Origin: an uncultured Gemmatimonadales bacterium | GTDB lineage: Bacteria > Gemmatimonadota > Gemmatimonadetes > Gemmatimonadales > GWC2-71-9 | Reading direction: 5' to 3' | Assembly (NCBI GenBank): GCA_963730185.1 | Contig: CAVSQW010000004.1 | Coordinates: forward strand, 93,408 to 157,407 | Length of the DNA: 64,000 nucleotides | Shown here: piece by piece, positions 57,521 to 64,000 of the stretch | Layout of the letters: each line of letters opens with the position of its first letter | How positions within the stretch are numbered: the first letter of the stretch is position 1 | Notes under the pieces: generated by a model | The model's database searches: none | Seen by the model: only the letters and a program-made list of their open reading frames with translations | What the model was told of the DNA's origin: nothing | Program-made: the position numbers and the translations under genes

Positions 57521-57924
57521 GTCGCGCGGGTCACCGCGTCGGCCAGGTCGGAGAGACGGAACGGCTTTTCCAGGGCCAGGCAGCCCGTTCGGGCGACCAG
57601 GGCCTGGGTTTCGTCGGTCTGGAGGTTGCCGCTGGTGATGATGAGGTGCTCGCGGAGGTGCGGTGCCTCCGCGAGAATCCGGTCGATCAGCTCCCCCCCC
57701 GACATCCCGGGCATGTTGTGGTCGGTGACCACGGCGGCGAACTCGCCGCCGGCGATCGCGGCCAGGGCCTCGGGGCCTGAACGGGCCACGGTCACGTCGT
57801 AGCCGACCCGGGTCAGGATCCGGCCCATGCTCTGGCAGACGCTGACTTCGTCGTCGACCAGGAGCACCCGCGGTCCGAGTGATCGGGACCGGGGCAGCGT
57901 CGGGGGGAGGAGCGGTTCGGACAC
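57496..57924 (-). CDS. Single-domain response regulator
   Basis: VLLVDDE, VVTDHNMPGMSG, TSG and LEKPF motifs. Confidence 0.88.
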   Translation of the reverse strand: MSEPLLPPTLPRSRSLGPRVLLVDDEVSVCQSMGRILTRVGYDVTVARSGPEALAAIAGGEFAAVVTDHNMPGMSGGELIDRILAEAPHLREHLIITSGNLQTDETQALVARTGCLALEKPFRLSDLADAVTRATQGVKSPR

Positions 57925-57930
57925 CGGCGT

Positions 57931-58647
57931 TTACGGCCGGGGGTTCACCGCCTGGGCGAAGGCCTGATCGGCCTGTGCCTGGCGATGGGTCGACCGATCG
58001 AACGATGCATCGGCGTTGTAGTTGAGCTGCTCGGTGCTCACCGGGGGCGCCGGCGCCGCGGGGGCGGCGGAGATCATGCCGGCGATCTCGCGCTGGTCGA
58101 AGAGCACGGCAACCGCCTGGACCTGGTGCTCGATCTCCTCGAGGGCGGCGGCGACGCCGGCGATCTGCTGAGCGGTGATGTCCTGGAACTGGAGGTGCCC
58201 GAACAGCTGGTTGAGCTCGTCGCGCAGGGTGTTGATCCGGGCGGAGGTGTCGTTGGCCGGCTGCTCTTCCCGTCCCAGCTCGTCGATGATGGCGAGCGCC
58301 CGGTCGATTCCGTTCATCAGTTCCAAGGTGGCCGACTCGGTCGCCGACGAGACTTCGTTCAGCCGGGCCTGGCTCCGGGTGATCCGGTCGGCGGCGTAGG
58401 ACTGGATCGCTTCGCGGCTGACCCGAATGCCACCCAGCGCTTCGGTGAGTCCGGAATAGGCTCGGACGATCATCACCGGGAGCTCGGTCAGGTCGGGACG
58501 CCCGGCGAGACGATCGGCCAGCTCGACCAGCCGCCCCTGGAGGCGTTGGCGGCAGGGCCCGACCTGCACCTCGTGCACCAGGTCGCGCACCAGGGTCATG
58601 GTCGTCTCGAGCTCGTTCGCGAGCGTGCGGAGGTCGGTGTCGGTCAT
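57931..58647 (-). CDS. cheZ: CheZ-like CheY-P phosphatase
   Basis: LNEVSSATESAT and LQFQDITAQQI (catalytic DxxxQ); directly downstream of cheY. Confidence 0.78.
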   Translation of the reverse strand: MTDTDLRTLANELETTMTLVRDLVHEVQVGPCRQRLQGRLVELADRLAGRPDLTELPVMIVRAYSGLTEALGGIRVSREAIQSYAADRITRSQARLNEVSSATESATLELMNGIDRALAIIDELGREEQPANDTSARINTLRDELNQLFGHLQFQDITAQQIAGVAAALEEIEHQVQAVAVLFDQREIAGMISAAPAAPAPPVSTEQLNYNADASFDRSTHRQAQADQAFAQAVNPRP

Positions 58648-58650
58648 GGC

Positions 58651-59019
58651 CTACTGCACGGCCGCCAGGATCTGGTTGATCTTGTCCTGGAGCACCTGGG
58701 GGGTGAACGGTTTCAGGATGTAGCCGTTGACGCCGGCCTCGGCGGCCTGGAGGATGTCCTGCTCCACGCTCCGGGTGGTGACCATCATGACGGGTGTGGC
58801 GGCGGTCTTGGGGTCGCCCCGCAGGGCCTTCACCAGTTCCAGACCGCCCATGCTCGGCATATTCCAGTCAGTAATGATGAACTCGATCGATTCGTCCACC
58901 TTGGTCAGAGCGTCGGTGCCGTCAGTCGCCTCGACCAGGTCGTTGTGTCCCAAGCTCTTCAATGCGTTCACGACGATGCGCCGCATCGTCGCCGAGTCGT
59001 CCACCACCAGGCACTTCAT
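58651..59019 (-). CDS. cheY: Chemotaxis response regulator CheY
   Basis: LVVDDSATMRRI, ITDWNMP, MVTT and GVNGYILKPFT motifs. Confidence 0.92.
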   Translation of the reverse strand: MKCLVVDDSATMRRIVVNALKSLGHNDLVEATDGTDALTKVDESIEFIITDWNMPSMGGLELVKALRGDPKTAATPVMMVTTRSVEQDILQAAEAGVNGYILKPFTPQVLQDKINQILAAVQ

Positions 59020-59025
59020 GGTTGC

Positions 59026-59361
59026 CTACTGGGGCCCGAAGGCTGGGTCTTGGAGCACTTTCCGGGCGACCTGATCGACGACCTCGGGGCGATCGTAGTA
59101 CCCCTCGGCGACCCGGGTGCCGATCTCCTTGAGCCGCTCGGCCGCCAGCGCCCCGCTCGAGGGACGGGTTCCGGACTGGCTGGCGAGCGCCTTGGCGTCC
59201 GTGGAAACCTGAACCTGCGCCGCGGCCGCGGCTGCCGCTTCCGTCTCCGGCTTGCGATGATCGGCCGCCGGGTCGGGTCGGGCATTGGGGTCGCGGACCC
59301 GTTCAGCGCCGGCTTCGCCGGACCGACCGGGCCCGTGGGGTGACGTTGGATTGATGTTCAT
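59026..59361 (-). CDS. flgM: Anti-sigma28 factor FlgM
   Basis: Low-complexity N-terminus, VQVSTDAKAL, ERLKEIGTRVAEGYY..VARKVL; sigma28-type promoter upstream; GGAG RBS. Confidence 0.8.
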   Translation of the reverse strand: MNINPTSPHGPGRSGEAGAERVRDPNARPDPAADHRKPETEAAAAAAAQVQVSTDAKALASQSGTRPSSGALAAERLKEIGTRVAEGYYDRPEVVDQVARKVLQDPAFGPQ

Positions 59362-59424
59362 CTGACTCCCGAACTCCTCTCAGGTGTCGTACGGCGACGT
59401 CGCTCGGCGTCGACCGCTCCTGCA

Positions 59425-59452
59425 TTATCGGCCGTCCCGCCAGGGAACTTGA
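59425..59452 (-). promoter_or_regulatory. sigma28 (FliA) promoter TCAAG-N15-GCCGATAA
   Basis: Perfect -10 GCCGATAA on the minus strand (59432-59425), 63 bp upstream of flgM. Confidence 0.8.
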
Positions 59453-59468
59453 AGGACTCCCCCCCTCG

Positions 59469-59485
59469 TGCACGGAGTGTGCCCG
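59469..59485 (-). promoter_or_regulatory. Possible sigma54 promoter CGGGCACACTCCGTGCA
   Basis: GG-N10-GC spacing with GGCAC and TGCA; several mismatches to YTGGCACG-N4-TTGCW. Confidence 0.4.
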
Positions 59486-59592
59486 GGAAGAATCGACCGG
59501 TCGAGGTCTTCCTGCCGGCCGATGCCGCCGGGGGCGAAACGGCCCCGGTTCGGCGGTCCGTCGGCGGGGCTAAACCCGGTCGGCACAAGGGA

Positions 59593-59619
59593 GTATCGGT
59601 CGCGGCCCCGGAAACTTGA
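59593..59619 (-). promoter_or_regulatory. Second sigma28-like promoter TCAAG-N14-ACCGATAC
   Basis: Same -35 pentamer and CCGATA core as the proximal site, in the same orientation. Confidence 0.6.
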
Positions 59620-59776
59620 GGCGCCGGCCGAGGCTGGCGTACCTCTTGCCCCTTGGCCCGGTCGCGCGGCGCATGCCGGCAACTTGTTCCCGTGAAGCAG
59701 TGTGTGATTGCCGGTCGAGCGGGGCCGAATGGCCCTGGTAAGGTCGGCTGGAGATCTCCGACCCAACTGGATGGCC

Positions 59777-62137
59777 ATGGCGACGACGAAATCGAGAGCG
59801 GGAGCGATGAGCGCGACGGGAGTGGCCCCACGGCGGCCGCCGGACCTCCGCGTGCTGCTCCGGCAGGGGCTCGGCTATCACCAGGTCGGGGACTTCCCGA
59901 AGGCGCTGTCCTGCTATCAGGCCGTGCTGGCCCAGCAGCCGGATCAGGCCGACGCCCTCAACCTGATCGGCGCGATCGCTCACCAGATGGGCGACCATGC
60001 CTTGGCGGTGGTGCTGCTCAGGAAAGCCGTGGCGACCGATCCCAAGGCGGTGGACTTCGCGATCAACCTGGGGCTGGCCCTGATGGCCACGGGCGCCGTA
60101 TCGGATGCCAAGAGCGAGTTCGAGAAGGCGGTTTTGCTCCGTCCGGCCTCGAGCCAGGCCCATGTCCACCTGGGGACGGCGCGCCGTCTGACCGGCGACC
60201 TGGACGGCGCGGTCCGGGCCTACGACCGAGCCCTGGCGCTCTCGCCCGACTTCGCGGAGGCCCACGCCACCCGCGGGGCGGCCTTGCACGAGTTGGGCAG
60301 GCTCACCGACGCCGGGCGATCGCTCCGCCGGGCGATCGAGCTCAAGCCTGCGTTCGCCGAGGCGCACTCCGATCTGGGGTCGTTGCTGCAGACCGAGGGG
60401 CGTCTGGACGACGCCATCGCGGCGTATCGGACGGCCATCGAGCTCCGGCCCGACCTGGTCGACGCCTATTCCAATCTCGGAACCGCCCTGATGGCCGGGG
60501 GAGACGTCACCGACGCCATCGACGCCTACCGTCAGGCGCTGGCGCTCCGGCCCTCGCACTTCGAGGCGCTGGTGAACCTGGGTATCGCGTTCCAGAGTCT
60601 GGGCGAATACGAGAGCGCGGCGGCCGCTCACGAGGCGGCCCGACTGGTTCGCCCCCGGTCGGCCGAACCCTGCGTCCACTTGGGCCTGATCCGTCAGGTG
60701 CAGCGCCGGTTCGACGAGGCCCTGGTCATCGTGGACGCGGGCCTCGCGGACCATCCGTCGCACGCCGATCTCACCTCGATGCGGGGCCAGGTGCTCCGGG
60801 CCCTTGACCGTCTGGACGAGGCCGTGGCGGCCTTTACCCGCGCGGTCGAGTTGGCCCCGGACGACGCCCGGATCCGGACCAACCTGGGCAACGCCCTCTT
60901 TGCCCAGTCCAGGATTTCCGAGGCGATCGAGACCCTCCGACAGGCCGTCGCGCTGGCGCCCGACCTGGCGGAAGCGCACCTCTCGCTCGGCAACGCCCTG
61001 AAGGCGGATCTGGAGTTCGATCCGGCCATCGCGAGCTACGAAGCGGCGCTCCGGCTCCGCCCCGACTACCCGGAGGCCGAGTTCAACCTCGGCAACGCTT
61101 ACCGGGAGTCGGGCCGGATGTGGGAGGCGATCGCCCGCTACCACGCCGCGCTCGCCCTCCGGCCGAGCTATGGCGACGCCTCCTGGAACCTCTCGCTCGC
61201 GCTGCTCGCCGCCGGCGAGTTCGGCCCGGGGTGGGACCAGTACGAGTGGCGATGGCGCGACGGCGACACCCTTCGGCTTCCGAGTCGGAGCGGCGCGACC
61301 TATTGGCGGGGGGAGCCGCTGGACGGCCAGCGCATTCTGATCTGGCGCGAGCAGGGCCTGGGCGACGAGCTCCTCTTCCTCAGCTGTCTGGGCGAGGTGG
61401 TTGCCGCGGGCGCGAACGTCACGGCGATGGTGAGCCCCCGGCTGGAGGGCTTGGTGGCCCGATCGTTCCCGTCCGTCACGGTGATTCCCGACGCCACCGG
61501 CTCCGCAGATGCTCTGACGTTCGACTATCACGCGCCGATGGGCAATTTGGCCCAGTGGCTCCGGCGGGCGCGCTCCGCCTTCCCGGCCGGCGGGACCTAC
61601 CTGGTAGCCGACGAGGCCCGACGGGCCGACTGGCGGGCCCGGCTCGGGGCCTTGGCCCCGGGGCGGAAGGTGGGCGTCTGCTGGCGGAGCGGTACCCTCA
61701 CCCCCGAGCGGCGGCGTCACTACGCCGGGCTCGAGTGGTGGGGACCGCTGCTCGGGGTGCCCGGCGTGGTCTGGGTCAACCTCCAATACGACGACTGCGC
61801 GGATGAGCTCGAGACGATCCGGGTGGAGCATGGGATCACGGTGCACCGGTGGCCCGACGTGGACCTGAGGAACGACCTGGAGAGCGTGACGGCGCTGATC
61901 GCCGAGCTCGACGGGGTGGTCTCGGCGCCGACGGCGGTGACCTCGCTGGCCGGCGCGGTGGGCACCTGGACCCTCCAGCTCGACAGCGGCGGCGACTGGA
62001 CGGCGGCGGGTGGGACGACCTCGCCCTGGTTCCCGTCGATCGAGCTCTGCCGGCGGGTGGCGTCGGAACGAACCTGGCAGGCGACTCTGGAGCGGGCGGC
62101 GGCGAGGCTCCGGGCGTGGACGGAGGAGACGGCATGA
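59777..62137 (+). CDS. TPR-repeat protein with C-terminal GT-B (GT9-like) glycosyltransferase domain
   Basis: More than 10 TPRs (AYSNLG, EAEFNLG), then GWDQYEWR, WRGE, EQGLGDEL, KVGVCWRS, NLQY and LAGAVG. Start uncertain (59771/59777/59807). Confidence 0.85.
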   Translation: MATTKSRAGAMSATGVAPRRPPDLRVLLRQGLGYHQVGDFPKALSCYQAVLAQQPDQADALNLIGAIAHQMGDHALAVVLLRKAVATDPKAVDFAINLGLALMATGAVSDAKSEFEKAVLLRPASSQAHVHLGTARRLTGDLDGAVRAYDRALALSPDFAEAHATRGAALHELGRLTDAGRSLRRAIELKPAFAEAHSDLGSLLQTEGRLDDAIAAYRTAIELRPDLVDAYSNLGTALMAGGDVTDAIDAYRQALALRPSHFEALVNLGIAFQSLGEYESAAAAHEAARLVRPRSAEPCVHLGLIRQVQRRFDEALVIVDAGLADHPSHADLTSMRGQVLRALDRLDEAVAAFTRAVELAPDDARIRTNLGNALFAQSRISEAIETLRQAVALAPDLAEAHLSLGNALKADLEFDPAIASYEAALRLRPDYPEAEFNLGNAYRESGRMWEAIARYHAALALRPSYGDASWNLSLALLAAGEFGPGWDQYEWRWRDGDTLRLPSRSGATYWRGEPLDGQRILIWREQGLGDELLFLSCLGEVVAAGANVTAMVSPRLEGLVARSFPSVTVIPDATGSADALTFDYHAPMGNLAQWLRRARSAFPAGGTYLVADEARRADWRARLGALAPGRKVGVCWRSGTLTPERRRHYAGLEWWGPLLGVPGVVWVNLQYDDCADELETIRVEHGITVHRWPDVDLRNDLESVTALIAELDGVVSAPTAVTSLAGAVGTWTLQLDSGGDWTAAGGTTSPWFPSIELCRRVASERTWQATLERAAARLRAWTEETA

Positions 62138-63522
62138 TGGGCCCGACCTCCGGGGGCGCGATCTTCGAGCAGGGGCTGGCCCATCAGCAGCGGGGCGGCC
62201 GGCCAGGCGATCGCCGCGTACCGGCGGATGCTCCGGGTCAACCAGGGGTTCGCCCCGGCGCCACTTCAACCTGGGGCTGCTGCTGTTCGAGGCCGGCGAC
62301 TTCGCCGGCGCGGCCCAGGCGTTCGAGGGCGCGGCCCGGCTCCGGCCCACGGCCGCGGACGCCTGGCTCAACCTCGGCGCGGCGCTGGAGAAGCTCGATC
62401 GGGTTGCCGAGGCGGCCGAGGCCTACGACCGGGTCGAGACCTCGCCCGAGGACGTCCGCGGTCACTACAACTTGGGCAATGCCCGTTTGGCGCTGGGCCA
62501 GTTCGACGGCGCGGCCGAGGCCTATCGGGCCGGGCTGGTGCTGGACCCGAGCCACAGCGGCTCGCTCTGGAACCTCGCGACGGCACTGCTGGGCTCGGGC
62601 AACCTGAAGCAAGGCTGGGCCCAGTACGAGCGCCGCTGGTCGGTGCAGGGCGTGGCGCCCGCCGACCGATTCCCGTTTCCGCTCTGGCAGGGCGAGCCCG
62701 TCGCGGGCCGGAAGTTCCTGGTCTGGCGAGAGCAGGGTCTGGGCGACGAGCTGCTCTTCGCCACCTGTGCGTGAGCTGGTGGCGGCCGGCGCCGAGGTGA
62801 CGCTCGCGGCCTCGCCGCGGCTGGTGTCGCTGCTCGACCGGGCCCTTCCCGGCGTCCGGGTGATCGAGGACCAGGCCTGGGGCGACGACGGCTTCGACTT
62901 CCACGCGCCGGTGGGCGGGTCCTTCGCTACCTCCGGACCACGCGCGACGCCTTTCCTCTCGACAATCGCCTCCTGGTGCCGGATCGGCCCTGGCCACGCG
63001 GTGGATGCGGAGCGATTGGACCGGCTCGGTTCGGGCGCCAAGATCGGGATCTCCTAGCGAGCGGACTGACCTCGGTCGAGCGGAACCGGCGATACGCGAG
63101 CCTCGAGGCCTGGATTCCGCTGTTCGCGATTCCCGGCATCCATTGCGATCAACCTCCGGTACGATGATTGTCGGGCGGAGATCAAGGCGGCCGAGGCGGC
63201 GATGTCGGCATCGAGAGTCCATCGGTGGCCCGAGGAAGATCTGGGCCAGGACCTCGAGAGCGTGGTGGCGCGCTCTGGAATCTGAGCGGGGTGGTGACCA
63301 CGCCCACGGCAGTCGCTCCGCTGGCCGGGGCCGTGGGCACCCGGACCTGGCAGGTCGAGGCGCGGCGAGCGACTGACCAACTTCGGCGAGCCAGTGTCGC
63401 CCTGGTTCCGGTCGATCCGCCACGTGCAGCACGCCTGGGGCGGGAACCGATCGGTACCGGTGTTCGACGCCGTCGCGGACGACCTCCGGATCCTGGTGGA
63501 GACGGAGTGCGTGACCGCGTGA
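62134..63522 (+). CDS. Second TPR/GT-B-like protein (several frameshifts)
   Basis: Fragments HFNLG, AWLNLG, GWAQYERRW, WQGE, EQGLGDELLF, FDFHAP, KIGIS and LAGAVG in changing frames; ATGA overlap upstream. Confidence 0.75.
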
Positions 63523-64000
63523 AGGGCGCCCTGACCTCCCGGCAACGGGATCGGACCGGCGCGGCGCTCCGCGAGGGCCTGGCCCACCATCAGGCGGGGC
63601 GGCTCCCGCAGGCGGAGGCGTGTTACGACCGGGCACTCCGGGAGCTGCCGGGACACCCCGACGCGCTCCACCTGAAGGGCCTGGTGGCCCTGATGGGTGG
63701 GGCCGTGGACCGGGCGATTCCCCTGTTGGCCCGGGCGGTCGACGCCCGTCCCGGGGCTCCCGAGTATCACCTCAGCTTGGGCAATGCCCGGCTCGCGGCC
63801 GGCGACCTGGTCGGGGCGGCCGCGGCATACGGCCGGGCGGTCGCGCTGGCGCCGGACCAGGCCGCGGCTCGATCCAACCTGGGGCACGTGCTGCGCCTGG
63901 CCGGCGACCTGGAGGGGGCAGTGCTCCACTTGGAGCGCGCGGTCGCGCTCGCGCCCACCCTGGCCGATGCCCGAGTGAACCTCGGTCTGGCCCGACTGGA
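63519..64000 (+). CDS. Third TPR-repeat protein (5' part, runs off the window)
   Basis: GTG overlapping the previous stop; open frame GLAHHQAGRLPQAEACY..PDALHLKG..EYHLSLG..ARSNLG..ARVNLG to the window end. Confidence 0.8.
   Translation, partial: MKGALTSRQRDRTGAALREGLAHHQAGRLPQAEACYDRALRELPGHPDALHLKGLVALMGGAVDRAIPLLARAVDARPGAPEYHLSLGNARLAAGDLVGAAAAYGRAVALAPDQAAARSNLGHVLRLAGDLEGAVLHLERAVALAPTLADARVNLGLARL

Noticed and set aside
59515..59592. c-di-GMP riboswitch in the flgM upstream hairpins
   Set aside because: Hairpins with GAAA/TAAA are visible on +, but I could not match the GEMM consensus by eye. An Rfam search is needed.
62760..62780. TGA read-through (selenocysteine) after ..LFATCA
   Set aside because: The continuation (RELVAAGAEV) is in another frame, so this is an indel, not recoding.

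Overview
High-GC bacterial chromosomal window (roughly 70% GC by eye). The gene content and style suggest Gemmatimonadota, which is an inference only. No rRNA, tRNA, CRISPR, IS or prophage was seen. Contents in order: (1) 0-7.4 kb: secreted and envelope genes, including a multicopper oxidase with an extra N-terminal domain and an Omp85-like barrel split by one frameshift. (2) 7.5-37 kb and 45.5-57.5 kb: a dense run of amide/peptide hydrolases and amino-acid oxidoreductases, many exported and several from D-stereospecific families. (3) 37.2-45.4 kb: a nine-gene V/A-type ATPase operon (G-I-K-E-C-F-A-B-D), close to a dual-RCK channel with an atypical TTTGSG filter. (4) marR-yceI with a duplicated palindromic operator. 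(5) flgM-cheY-cheZ-receiver operon behind sigma28/sigma54-like promoters, divergent from tandem TPR/glycosyltransferase-like genes. The least-explained structure is a pair of intergenic inverted arrays of degenerate heptamers (TNNNGAG; 7411-7556 and 15917-16134) that share a colinear 46-bp core. Clustered frameshifts (37.8-41 kb, 62.1-63.5 kb) look like long-read consensus errors.
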